Shown here: piece after piece, positions 9,943-19,502 of the stretch
Layout: every line of letters begins with the position of its first letter
How positions within the stretch are numbered: the first letter of the stretch is position 1
From: Dehalococcoidia bacterium
Lineage (GTDB): Bacteria; Chloroflexota; Dehalococcoidia; Plut-88900
Assembly: GCA_965207225.1 (NCBI GenBank)
Contig: CBDBLV010000005.1
Span: 1,856,001-1,920,000 of the forward strand
DNA: 64,000 nucleotides
Reading direction: 5' to 3'
The notes under the pieces: model-generated
Database searches by the model: none
What the model was told of the DNA's origin: nothing
What the model saw: the letters and a program-made list of their open reading frames with translations, nothing else
Made by a program: the position numbers and the translations under genes

Positions 9943-11343
9943 ATGGTTGACAAGCCGAAAGAGGCGTGTGGACTCTTCGGGATTTACGCTCCCGGAGAAG
10001 ATGTAGCCAGACTTACGTTCTTCGGCTTGTTCGCTTTGCAGCACCGAGGCCAGGAGAGCGCGGGCATTGCCGCGTCCAACGGTCGGGGCATTTCGGTGCA
10101 CACTCACATGGGCCTGGTCGCCCAGGCTTTTGACGAGCAAGCCCTGAGCAGGCTGTCGGGGCACGCCGCCATCGGTCACACCAGGTATTCGACCATGGGG
10201 TCGAGCCATATCTCCAATGCGCAGCCCACGCTCGTGGATGGCCCCTATGGCCAGGTGGCTACGGGACACAACGGCAACGTGATCAATGCCGGGGAACTGC
10301 GGATTGAGCTGGAGGATAGAGGGATCAGGTTCGAGGGGAGCACGGACAGCGAGGTGATGGCGCACTGGCTGGGGCAGGCCCCGGGGGCCACGTGGGCGGA
10401 GCGGATCCGCTATTGCATGAACCGCTTCCAGGGCGCCTACAGCATGGTTATGCTGACCAAAGACCAGCTAATCGGCATCCGAGATCCGATGGGTGTCCGG
10501 CCCCTGTCGCTGGGGAAATTGAATGGCGGTTGGGTTATAGCCTCGGAGAGTGCGGCGCTGGACCATATCGGTTCAGACGTGATACGGGAAGTGGAGCCCG
10601 GCGAGATGGTAACCATCGATGCGTCGGGGGTGAAGTCCGAGCAACTGGTGGAACGGGAAAAGCACGCGCTGTGCATATTCGAGCACATCTACTTTGCCAG
10701 GCCCGACAGCATAGTCGGGGGTAAGCTGCTTTACTTGGCGAGACAGAGGATGGGGGCGCAGCTGGCAAGAGAGTGGCCGGTGGATGCGGACATGGTTATC
10801 GGGGTGCCGGACTCGGCGGTGGCGGCGGGGATAGGGTATGCAAAGGAGTCGGGGATTCCACTGGGCGAGGCAATCCTAAAGAACCGGTACGTGGGCAGGA
10901 CGTTCATCCAACCGGACCAGAGGATCCGGGAGCTAGGGGTACGGCTGAAATTCAACGCTATGAGAGAAGTGCTGGAAGGGAAGAGGGTGGTGGTAGTGGA
11001 CGACAGCATAGTACGGGGCACTACGACGCCCCACGTAGTCAATCTGCTGAGAAAGAACGGGGCGACCGAGGTGCACATGCGGATATGTGCACCGCCGATA
11101 CAACACCCCTGCTTCTTCGGTGTTGACCTAGCGACCAGGGCCGAATTGCTGGCTGCGAACAACAGTGTAGAGGAGATCAGGCAGCATATCGGGGCGGACA
11201 CGCTGGGTTACCTGAGCCTGCCGGGGCTGGTGGAGGCGGTGGGGATGCCGAGAAACGAGGTATGCACCGCCTGCTTCTCCGGAGACTACCCGATACCGGT
11301 ACAGCTTGAAATGGACAAGCTGGCCCTGGAGTCGCGCCAATAG
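9943..11343 (+). CDS. purF: Amidophosphoribosyltransferase
   Basis: Propeptide KPKEACGLFG, LQHRGQESAG, GHTRYST, CIFEHIYFARPDS, VDDSIVRGTT, CTACF. Confidence 0.97.
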   Translation: MVDKPKEACGLFGIYAPGEDVARLTFFGLFALQHRGQESAGIAASNGRGISVHTHMGLVAQAFDEQALSRLSGHAAIGHTRYSTMGSSHISNAQPTLVDGPYGQVATGHNGNVINAGELRIELEDRGIRFEGSTDSEVMAHWLGQAPGATWAERIRYCMNRFQGAYSMVMLTKDQLIGIRDPMGVRPLSLGKLNGGWVIASESAALDHIGSDVIREVEPGEMVTIDASGVKSEQLVEREKHALCIFEHIYFARPDSIVGGKLLYLARQRMGAQLAREWPVDADMVIGVPDSAVAAGIGYAKESGIPLGEAILKNRYVGRTFIQPDQRIRELGVRLKFNAMREVLEGKRVVVVDDSIVRGTTTPHVVNLLRKNGATEVHMRICAPPIQHPCFFGVDLATRAELLAANNSVEEIRQHIGADTLGYLSLPGLVEAVGMPRNEVCTACFSGDYPIPVQLEMDKLALESRQ

Positions 11344-11419
11344 ACGGCATGATCTGCCTGGGCGGACATCAGCAAATGACTGCCCGTCCTCTTTTGAGAG
11401 AAGTTCCGGAGATTTCCAA

Positions 11420-12439
11420 TTGACCACTGACAGCAGCTACCGGGCCGCGGGCGTAGACCTGAACACGGCGGCACGGGCCACGGAGAGAATCTCCGAGCAC
11501 GCAAGGTCTACATTCAACTCTCGGGTGTTGGGCGACATCGGATTCTTTGGGGGGTTGTACCACCTGGAGAATTACCGTGATCCGGTGTTGGTGTCGAGTG
11601 CGGATGGCGTCGGGACCAAGGTGCGAATCGCTGCAATGCTGGATCGGTACAACACTGTCGGGGAAGACCTGGTAAACCATTGCATCAACGATATCCTGGT
11701 AGGCGGAGCCAAACCCCTCTTCTTCCTGGACTACATAGCGATGGGGAAACTGGACGAAGAGGCGGCGGAGGCGCTGGTATCGGGGTTGGCGAAGGCGTGC
11801 CGGGAGTCGGGGGTGGTGCTCATTGGAGGTGAGACGGCGGAGATGCCGGGCGTGTACGAGGGCAAGGAGTTCGACCTGGCGGGATTCATTGTTGGGATTG
11901 TGGAGAGGGATGAGATTATCGACGGGTCGACGGTAGGTGAGGGGGATGTGATTGTAGGGATTCCGTCGTCGGGACTGCACACGAATGGATATTCCCTAGT
12001 TCGGAAGGTTTTTGGACTGGACGAGGACCCGTCAGAACTGGAGAAGTTCTACCCGATGCTGGAACGCACGCTGGGCGAGGAGCTCCTGGAGCCTCACAGG
12101 TGCTATCTGGGTGAGGTGAAGGGCCAACTGGACAAAATCAAGGGGATGGCCCATATCACGGGGGGAGGGTTCAGGGAGAATGTGCCAAGGGCGCTTCCGG
12201 GAGGGTTGGGGGCGCGGATAGACGCATCGTCGTGGCCCGCGCCGCCGATTTACAGGCTTATCCAAGAGGTGGGAAGCGTTAACCATGACGAGATGTTCGA
12301 TGTGTTCAATATGGGGATTGGGATGGTGGTCATGGCATCGGGGGGGGACGCTTCTAGTTTGCTAAAGGGAATCGAGGGTTCGGTGGTGATTGGGGAGGTG
12401 GTGAAGGACGAGGGGCCCGAGAGGGTAACGATCAATTGA
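11420..12439 (+). CDS. purM: Phosphoribosylformylglycinamidine cyclo-ligase
   Basis: SYRAAGVD, DGVGTK, PLFFLDY, GGETAEMPG, SSGLHTNGYSLVR, AHITGGG, FNMGIG. Confidence 0.97.
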   Translation: MTTDSSYRAAGVDLNTAARATERISEHARSTFNSRVLGDIGFFGGLYHLENYRDPVLVSSADGVGTKVRIAAMLDRYNTVGEDLVNHCINDILVGGAKPLFFLDYIAMGKLDEEAAEALVSGLAKACRESGVVLIGGETAEMPGVYEGKEFDLAGFIVGIVERDEIIDGSTVGEGDVIVGIPSSGLHTNGYSLVRKVFGLDEDPSELEKFYPMLERTLGEELLEPHRCYLGEVKGQLDKIKGMAHITGGGFRENVPRALPGGLGARIDASSWPAPPIYRLIQEVGSVNHDEMFDVFNMGIGMVVMASGGDASSLLKGIEGSVVIGEVVKDEGPERVTIN

Positions 12440-12441
12440 GC

Positions 12442-13962
12442 ATGAGAGCGGTAATCAGCGTATCGGACAAGTCGGGGCTGGGGGAGTTTGCGCGGGCACT
12501 GGCTGGGCTTGGGGTTGAGATTTTCTCGACGGGGGGCACGCAGAAAGCCATAGCTGAGGCCGGTGTCCCGGTGCGGAGCATAGCGGAGATGACGGGCTTT
12601 CCTGAAATCCTGGATGGTCGGGTGAAGACCCTGCATCCAGCGGTGCACGGGGGAATCCTAGCGAGAAGGGATGTGCCAGACCACCTGGGACAGCTGGAGT
12701 CACACGGGATTGGGTTGATAGACGTAGTAGTGGTGAACCTGTACCCGTTTGTCGAGACTATCAGCAGGGAGGGTGTGGACCTGACGGAGGCACTTGAGAA
12801 TATCGACATAGGGGGGCCGACGCTGGTCCGGGCGTCGGCGAAGAATTTTCCGCACGTGCTGGTGATAGTCGACCCGGAAGACTATGAGGAGACGGCAAAA
12901 AGACTAGGAGACGGGATGCTGGATGAGGGCTTCAGGAAACAACTGGCCCGGAAGGCTTTCAGGCACGTGGCCCTGTACGATACCGCTATAGCCGACTACC
13001 TTTCGGAAGGGCCAGGGGACTTTCCCGAAGAGTTAACTATCGGCATGGTGAAGGCACAGGGCCTGCGTTACGGGGAAAACCCTCACCAAAAAGGCGCTTT
13101 CTATGCGGGTACTCTCGCTCGGGGGGCGGGCATTGCCGGGGCGAAGCAGCTTTGGGGCAAAGAGTTGTCCTTCAACAACATCGCTGATGCGGATGCGGCG
13201 TGGAGTGCGGCGTCGGACTTTGACGGTCCTGCGGTGTCGGTGATCAAGCACATGAACCCGTGCGGGTTGGCGAGCCACGAGGACTTGACGGAGGCCTACA
13301 GGCGGGCGCTGGCAGGGGACCCGGTGTCGGCGTTCGGGGGGATAGTGGCGTGCAACCAGAAGATTGATGGTGAGACAGCCGAGGAGATATCGAAGGTCTT
13401 TTACGAGATCGTAATTGCGCCGGAGTTTGAAGAGGACGCGCTGGACATATTGAAGAAGAGGAAGAACTTGCGGATCCTGGAGATGGGGTCGGCTGGAGGG
13501 GGAGTGGGCTTGGAGGTGAAGACGGTGGAAGGTGGATTTCTCGTGCAGACGCGGGATACGGGGGGAGATGATCCATCGGGCTGGAGATGCGTGACTAAGC
13601 GTCAGCCTACGGATGAAGAGATGAAGGACCTGGAGTTTGCGTGGAAGGTGGCCAAGCACGTGAAATCCAACGCGATAGTTCTGGCCAAGGATAGGTCGCT
13701 GGTAGGTATGGGTGCGGGTCAGCCCAACCGGGTGAACAGCGTACACCTGGCACTGAGGGCCGCCGCCGAGCGAGCTAAGGGGTCGGCGCTGGCGTCGGAT
13801 GCGTTTTTCCCGTTTGCGGACAACGTGGAATTGGCAGCGGGGGGTGGGGTGGGGGCCATAGTGCAGCCTGGGGGATCGGTAAGGGACGAGGAAGTAGTCC
13901 AAACAGCGGACACTCTAGGGATAGCAATGCTCTTCACCGGGGTACGGCATTTCAAGCACTAG
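12442..13962 (+). CDS. purH: Bifunctional AICAR transformylase/IMP cyclohydrolase
   Basis: SVSDKSG, GRVKTLHP, IDIGGPTL, LRYGENPHQ, KHVKSNAI, ASDAFFPF, RHFKH. Confidence 0.97.
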   Translation: MRAVISVSDKSGLGEFARALAGLGVEIFSTGGTQKAIAEAGVPVRSIAEMTGFPEILDGRVKTLHPAVHGGILARRDVPDHLGQLESHGIGLIDVVVVNLYPFVETISREGVDLTEALENIDIGGPTLVRASAKNFPHVLVIVDPEDYEETAKRLGDGMLDEGFRKQLARKAFRHVALYDTAIADYLSEGPGDFPEELTIGMVKAQGLRYGENPHQKGAFYAGTLARGAGIAGAKQLWGKELSFNNIADADAAWSAASDFDGPAVSVIKHMNPCGLASHEDLTEAYRRALAGDPVSAFGGIVACNQKIDGETAEEISKVFYEIVIAPEFEEDALDILKKRKNLRILEMGSAGGGVGLEVKTVEGGFLVQTRDTGGDDPSGWRCVTKRQPTDEEMKDLEFAWKVAKHVKSNAIVLAKDRSLVGMGAGQPNRVNSVHLALRAAAERAKGSALASDAFFPFADNVELAAGGGVGAIVQPGGSVRDEEVVQTADTLGIAMLFTGVRHFKH

Positions 13963-14007
13963 GGCTTACAGCTGCCGAGTGCAACAGACTGAAAGAAGTA
14001 AAAGCGT

Positions 14008-14751
14008 TTGAGAAGCGTTGACATAATCATTCCTGTATATAACGAAGAGGCGACCCTGCCGAAGTGCGTGGCAACGCTATCCGAATTCGCCGAGAAAGAA
14101 CTCCCTTTCTGCGATTGGCGGATAGTAGTGGCCGACAACGGTTCTGTAGACTCAACGGGGGAGGTGGCGGAGCGCCTAGCGAGCGAGAACCAGAAGGTTG
14201 CGCTGGTGCACCTGACTGAGAAGGGTCGGGGGAGGGCGCTGTTCAAGGTGTGGATGGAAAGTGAGGCGGACGTAATCTGCTACATGGACGTCGACCTTTC
14301 GACTCGGCTTGATGCTTTGCCCGCACTGGTGGGATCGATTGAAGATGGTAACGACGTTGCGATCGGGACCCGGCTGGCGAGGGCCTCGAGGGTAGAGAAG
14401 CGGAGCGTGAAGCGGGAGTTTATTTCGCGGTGCTATAACCTGCTGATCAAGCTGATGTTTCAGACCAAGTTTTCGGATGCGCAATGCGGGTTTAAGGCGA
14501 TAAACCAGAAGGTCTCCAAAGAACTGGTGCCATTAATCCGGGACAAGGGTTGGTTCTTCGACACGGAACTCCTGATCCTTGCGGAGAAGAATGGTTACCA
14601 GATGAAGGAGATCCCCGTACACTGGGTGGACGATCCCGACACTCGGGTCAAAGTGGTCTCGACGGCCTGGAAGGACTTCAAGGGGCTGCTGAGGCTGCGA
14701 TTCGGGGGTGTGCCGAAGCCTCGATTCCGGGTGAGCGACACTGATTCTTGA
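14008..14751 (+). CDS. GT2 glycosyltransferase (polyprenol-phosphate glycosyltransferase-like)
   Basis: IIPVYNEE, DNGSVD, YMDVDLST, DAQCGFKA, WFFDTELL. Confidence 0.85.
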   Translation: MRSVDIIIPVYNEEATLPKCVATLSEFAEKELPFCDWRIVVADNGSVDSTGEVAERLASENQKVALVHLTEKGRGRALFKVWMESEADVICYMDVDLSTRLDALPALVGSIEDGNDVAIGTRLARASRVEKRSVKREFISRCYNLLIKLMFQTKFSDAQCGFKAINQKVSKELVPLIRDKGWFFDTELLILAEKNGYQMKEIPVHWVDDPDTRVKVVSTAWKDFKGLLRLRFGGVPKPRFRVSDTDS

Positions 14752-14815
14752 ACAGGTTGGGGTGGGGGGTTAACATCTCTTGTAGGATGGCAACAGGCCG
14801 CTAAAGGAGGAGGAC

Positions 14816-15349
14816 ATGTCAAACGCAGTGCTGGTAGTGGACATGGTACGCGGTTTCTGCGAAGAGGGTGGGAATCTTTATACAGGGGAGACGGCGCGGA
14901 AGATTATCCCGGTCGTGAGAGAACTTATAGAGCGAGAGAGCAGGAATGGCAGCAAGATTATCTTCCTCTGTGACAATCACGCGCCCGACGACCTGGAATT
15001 CGAGATGTTCCCCGAGCACTGTGTCCGGGGCACGGCTGAGACGGAGATAATTCCCGAACTGGCGGGCCTAGAAGGGGACGTGATTCCGAAGCAGCGATAT
15101 AGCGGTTTCTTCAACACGGACCTGGACGAAAGGCTCCGGGAGCTAGAGCCTGAGAAGGTTATTGTCTGCGGGGTGTGTACCAACGTTTGCGTGATGCACA
15201 CGGTCGCAGATGCCCGAAACCGGGACTACCGGGTGGAGGTGCCGGCTGATGCTGTGGCGACCTATTCCGAAGAAGCGCACCGGTTTGCCCTGGACCACAT
15301 AGAGAAGGTACTCGGGGCGAGGGTGGTGCAACCTCAGGCCGTCGGCTGA
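14816..15349 (+). CDS. pncA: Nicotinamidase (isochorismatase family)
   Basis: VVDMVRGF, FPEHCVRGT, KQRYSGF, GVCTNVCV; adjacent to pncB. Confidence 0.8.
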   Translation: MSNAVLVVDMVRGFCEEGGNLYTGETARKIIPVVRELIERESRNGSKIIFLCDNHAPDDLEFEMFPEHCVRGTAETEIIPELAGLEGDVIPKQRYSGFFNTDLDERLRELEPEKVIVCGVCTNVCVMHTVADARNRDYRVEVPADAVATYSEEAHRFALDHIEKVLGARVVQPQAVG

Positions 15350-15367
15350 GCGGATCCAAACAAAGCA

Positions 15368-16408
15368 ATGGCAATTATTCAGGACGATATTCCGCTTTCC
15401 TCCGACATTAGCATCCGTTCAAAGTTCCCGCTGCCCGACTGGGTAATTTCAGGGGAAACGACGGACATTTACTTCCGTCGGGCGCAGGAGGTGCTGGAGG
15501 CCGAGGGTCTGAACCCGACGGTTACGGTTGAGTTCTTCACGTCCAAGCCCGGGGTGCTCTGCGGAATAGATGAAGCTTTGCAGCTGATAGAAGAGGTTGT
15601 GCCGTCGGGTGAGAGGGAGGTAGAGGCGCTGGAAGAAGGGTGGAAGATCGAGCGGAAGGAGGTGGTACTGAGGGTCCGGGCGCCCTACCGGCCGTTCGGG
15701 TTGTATGAGACGCCATTGCTGGGGATTCTTTCGCATTGCACGGGATGGGCGACAGCGGCCCGTGAGTGTGTCAGGGCTGCGGAAGGCAAGCCGGTGGTGA
15801 GCTTTGGGGCTAGGCACGTGCACCCGCTGGTGTCGGGGAGGATGGAGTATGCGGCGGTGGTGGCGGGGTGCGTGGGATGTGCGTCGATTGACGGGGCGGC
15901 GCTTGCTGGGATCGAACCGACAGGGACGATGCCGCACGCCCTGATCCTGGTGGTCGGGGACACGCTGGAGGCGGCGGAGGCGTTCGACCGGAGCCAGGGC
16001 CCCGAGGTGCCTCGTATAGTCCTGGTGGACACGTTCAAGGATGAGGCGGAGGAGAGCCTGCGGGTGGCCCGGGTGATGAGGGACAGGTTGACCGGGGTGC
16101 GGTTGGATACGCCGCGGGAGAGGGGTCGGGTGACGGCGGAGCTGGTGAAGGAGATAAGAGCTCGATTGGACCTGGAGGGGTTTGAGTCGGTGAGGCTCAT
16201 AGTGAGCGGGGGGCTGGACCCCGAACGGATACGTTATTTCATTGAGAACGATGCGCCGGTGGACAGCTTCGGGGTGGGGGGATACATCAGTAACGCTGGG
16301 CCGATCAATTTCACGGCGGACATCCACGAGGTGGAGGGGAAGGCGATAGCGAAGAGAGGTCGGATCCCGGGGCTGACGGAGAATTTGCGGTTGAAGAGGG
16401 TGATGTAG
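15368..16408 (+). CDS. pncB: Nicotinate phosphoribosyltransferase
   Basis: TTDIYF, SFGARH, GTMPHAL, LVDTF, GVRLDT, VSGGL, FGVG. Confidence 0.88.
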   Translation: MAIIQDDIPLSSDISIRSKFPLPDWVISGETTDIYFRRAQEVLEAEGLNPTVTVEFFTSKPGVLCGIDEALQLIEEVVPSGEREVEALEEGWKIERKEVVLRVRAPYRPFGLYETPLLGILSHCTGWATAARECVRAAEGKPVVSFGARHVHPLVSGRMEYAAVVAGCVGCASIDGAALAGIEPTGTMPHALILVVGDTLEAAEAFDRSQGPEVPRIVLVDTFKDEAEESLRVARVMRDRLTGVRLDTPRERGRVTAELVKEIRARLDLEGFESVRLIVSGGLDPERIRYFIENDAPVDSFGVGGYISNAGPINFTADIHEVEGKAIAKRGRIPGLTENLRLKRVM

Positions 16409-16478
16409 GGGCGTTTATGGGAACCAACTATGGACCTTTAGCGGATGCCCTGACAGAGTTCCAGAAAACCCAAATGCG

Positions 16479-17243
16479 ATGACAGAATTCTTGACTACTG
16501 CGAAAACGACTGTAGCGATTGAAGACATAATCAGGCAGGCTGATGAGTGGGTCCTACTCATCAGCCCATATTTAAAGTTTGACGAGAACTTCAGACGGCG
16601 TATTGAAAACAAAAGCGGCTCGGCTAATGTCACCGTCATATATGGTAAGAAAAAACTGCAATCTAAAGAAGACAATTGGCTCAAGGCACAGAAGTGGATC
16701 GAGACGAGGTTCTGCAAGACCTTGCACGCGAAGTGCTACCTAAATGAGAAGGAGGCGGTTCTGACCTCTATGAACCTCCACAAATTCTCCCAGGACAATA
16801 ACAATGAAATGGGGATACGCGTTTCTAGAGAGAATGACCGGGAGCTTTACGAAGAAATTCTTGAAGAAGCGAGGGACATAGAACGAATCAGTGAGGTGGT
16901 TGCACATGCCAAGAAAAATAAAATCATTAAGGAAGCCGCGGCAGTCTATTCAGTAGCCAAGCAAAGTACCCCAAAAAGCCAACTTCAAACAATTTCACCA
17001 AGCGCGGGCTATTGTATTCGTTGCAAAAAAGACCTAAATGCGAATCCAAGTAAACCCTATTGCGATCCTCATTTCAAAACTTGGAACAAATTTAAGAACG
17101 ATAAATTTGAAGAGAAACACTGTCACCTTTGCGGCAAGAGATGGAAGACCAGTCGGGCGAAACCTGTATGCAAGCCTTGCTGGGATAAGCACACAGAATT
17201 CGTGGAGACCGCGTTATATGCGTTAAAGCATGTAGCAGACTGA
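16479..17243 (+). CDS. PLD-like (single HKD-type) protein with C-terminal Cys/His zinc-binding region
   Basis: LISPY, LHAKCYLNE..TSMNL..NEMG; C-terminal CIRC..YCDPH..HCHLC..CKPC; visibly A-rich versus neighbours. Confidence 0.75.
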   Translation: MTEFLTTAKTTVAIEDIIRQADEWVLLISPYLKFDENFRRRIENKSGSANVTVIYGKKKLQSKEDNWLKAQKWIETRFCKTLHAKCYLNEKEAVLTSMNLHKFSQDNNNEMGIRVSRENDRELYEEILEEARDIERISEVVAHAKKNKIIKEAAAVYSVAKQSTPKSQLQTISPSAGYCIRCKKDLNANPSKPYCDPHFKTWNKFKNDKFEEKHCHLCGKRWKTSRAKPVCKPCWDKHTEFVETALYALKHVAD

Positions 17244-17331
17244 CAGGCCTAGGAGAAGAGTGGGGGTTTTCTGTGGCGGTGCTTGGTGCGGAGAGGGGTG
17301 AGGTTTTCGGTCCGGGGTCGGGGGCGAGGAG

Positions 17332-18834
17332 CTACTCTTTGAGGCCGGCAGCAGATTCCTTCTTGGAGCAAGCTTCGGAATCGGTTTTCTCGAACTGCAA
17401 CTTTAGCCCCCTTTGAGTTGACTCCGTAATCTTAGAATGGTCGCAGGTGCGGTGGCCAACTAGCCAGATGATTTGGTCTCCGGAGAGGACTATGGGGATG
17501 GAGTCGCGGAGGTGGCGGGGGACTTTGGCGTCGGTGAGGAAGTCCTGGAGTTTTTTTGAGCCGGACATGCCGAGGGGGGTGAAGCGGTCGCCGGGCTGAC
17601 GACGTCTTACTGTGAGGGGCCCGGATAATTGGTCCATGTCGAAGAGGGCTGAGCAGGGGTCGGGGTCAGGTACGGTTGGGACGGTTTCGTCGATGACTGC
17701 GGTAATTCTCCAGCCGGGGATTAGAGTCTGGCCGGGTATGGCGATGAGTTGAGGTGCGTCAGGGAGGAGGATGGATTCCTGCCTCCGCAGGAATGACGGA
17801 GGGGCAGGGTTCCGGCTCAGGTAGAGGTTTTCGTAGCCAAGGGTGGCGTGAACTCCTTTAGGCAGGTTCAATTTCGCGCCTGTGTCTGCCGTGAGAAGGG
17901 AGTCGAGGGCCTCTACGTGAACGGCCTCAATGTCAATGGGGCTGCCGGACAGCGACTCCAACGCCTGTGAAAGGATGCGGCGGCGCAAAGCAGGGTGGAT
18001 TTCGGACAGGTCCCGGCGGGAGATGGATAGGCTGGATTCGCCGCGTTCCACAAGCTTCGCTGAAATCTCGTCGACGTGGGACTGGATAAGGGAGAGGTCA
18101 AGGGCAGCGGATTCGGCTAGGCGGATGAGGGAGTCGGAGATGCGGGAGTTGTATTCTCGAAGCAGGGGCAGGAGATCCAGCCTGATGCGATTCCTGAGGG
18201 TCTCGGGGAGGAGGTTGGTGTAATCGATTCGGGGTTCGAGGTGCAAGGTATTGCAATAGGCCTCGGTCTGGGCCCGGATCACCTCCAGGAGGGGACGGTA
18301 CAGCGAAAAGGTGTGGCCTGAGACCGAAGTAGCCTCGGAAACCGGCTTCATTCCGACGAGGCCGCGGAGCCCCGTTCCCCTGATCAGGTGGAGGAGGACG
18401 GTCTCGGCCTGATCGTCGGCAGTGTGGGCGACGGCAATTCCGAAGGCGCCTTGCTCCTGGGCGACGCGGGCGAGGAAGTTGTATCGGGCTTCACGGGCTT
18501 TTTCTTCCAGGGAGCGGCTATGACCACCGGGACGGGACTTGACATTTTCCTTGGCCGTGGAGAAGGGGAGGCCCAGGGATTCGGCCTGGGCCCTTACGAA
18601 GTCTGCGTCGGAATCGGAGGCGGGGCCTCGGAGGCCATGGTTGAAGTGGGAGACGTGGAGGTTAAGACCTAGCTTGTGTGATAGACGGTGGAGGGCATAG
18701 AGGAGGGAAAGGGAGTCGGGGCCGCCAGATACGCCGATGACCAGGGGACGAGGGGCACGGGCCAAGTCGTAAGCAAGGATGAACTTGCGGACGCGGGACT
18801 CCAGGGTGGAGATGGCTCGCCTGTTTGCTGGCAT
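17332..18834 (-). CDS. tilS: tRNA(Ile)-lysidine synthetase
   Basis: SGGPDS PP-loop, HFNHGLR, AREARY, AHTADDQAET, RNRIR, C-terminal KKLQDFLTDAKVP. Confidence 0.96.
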   Translation of the reverse strand: MPANRRAISTLESRVRKFILAYDLARAPRPLVIGVSGGPDSLSLLYALHRLSHKLGLNLHVSHFNHGLRGPASDSDADFVRAQAESLGLPFSTAKENVKSRPGGHSRSLEEKAREARYNFLARVAQEQGAFGIAVAHTADDQAETVLLHLIRGTGLRGLVGMKPVSEATSVSGHTFSLYRPLLEVIRAQTEAYCNTLHLEPRIDYTNLLPETLRNRIRLDLLPLLREYNSRISDSLIRLAESAALDLSLIQSHVDEISAKLVERGESSLSISRRDLSEIHPALRRRILSQALESLSGSPIDIEAVHVEALDSLLTADTGAKLNLPKGVHATLGYENLYLSRNPAPPSFLRRQESILLPDAPQLIAIPGQTLIPGWRITAVIDETVPTVPDPDPCSALFDMDQLSGPLTVRRRQPGDRFTPLGMSGSKKLQDFLTDAKVPRHLRDSIPIVLSGDQIIWLVGHRTCDHSKITESTQRGLKLQFEKTDSEACSKKESAAGLKE

Positions 18835-18858
18835 GACTGCAATCTCCTACGGAGCCTG

Positions 18859-19470
18859 TTACTCAAGCCCCGATAGATGGCACCTGTCGTTCAGGGAGCG
18901 GAGGACGGGGTCACCATTGGAGAAATCGAGTTCGGTTATGGCTGCGAGGTCCTGGCGTATGCGCTGGAAATTGCGCAGGTCCATTCCCAAGGCCTTAAGG
19001 AGGATGCTCTGTATAGCGAAGTTGTGGCTGACGGCGACAACCGTGCCCGTGGGGTGGCTGTCTCGGATGTGGAGGATTGCGTTCCAGGCACGTTCCTGGA
19101 GCCCGATGATGGACTCGCCGCCTGGCATGGTGAGGGCGCCGACGTTGATCCGCCATTGTTCCAGGATGTGAGGATAGCGTTCACGGAGGTCGGGGCCCTG
19201 GAGGCCATCAAGCTCGCCGATGTCCAGCTCCCGGAGGTTTTGGACGGTATCGACGGAAAGGGCATGGGCCTGAGCTATCGGAGAAGCAGTTTGCAGGGCA
19301 CGGGTCTGGGGACTGGAATAGACGACGTCCAGACTCTCAGAGGAGAGACGGCGTGAGAGGGCTTGGGCCTGGGACTGGCCCACCTGGTTGAGGGGGGCGT
19401 CGCTGGCACCCTGGAAGCGGCCTTCCTTATTGGCGTCGGTTTGTCCGTGTCTTACGAGGATGATGCGCAT
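18859..19470 (-). CDS. Histidine phosphatase family protein
   Basis: LVRHGQT, SSPQTRALQTA, LRELDIGE, PGGES, VSH. Confidence 0.88.
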   Translation of the reverse strand: MRIILVRHGQTDANKEGRFQGASDAPLNQVGQSQAQALSRRLSSESLDVVYSSPQTRALQTASPIAQAHALSVDTVQNLRELDIGELDGLQGPDLRERYPHILEQWRINVGALTMPGGESIIGLQERAWNAILHIRDSHPTGTVVAVSHNFAIQSILLKALGMDLRNFQRIRQDLAAITELDFSNGDPVLRSLNDRCHLSGLE

Positions 19471-19502
19471 TTCGAGATTCAAGGAGGAAAGGAGGAGCAC
19501 TC

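Noticed and set aside
9943-13962. Missing purN/purD in the pur cluster as pathway loss
   Set aside because: They may lie elsewhere in the genome; cannot be judged from one window.
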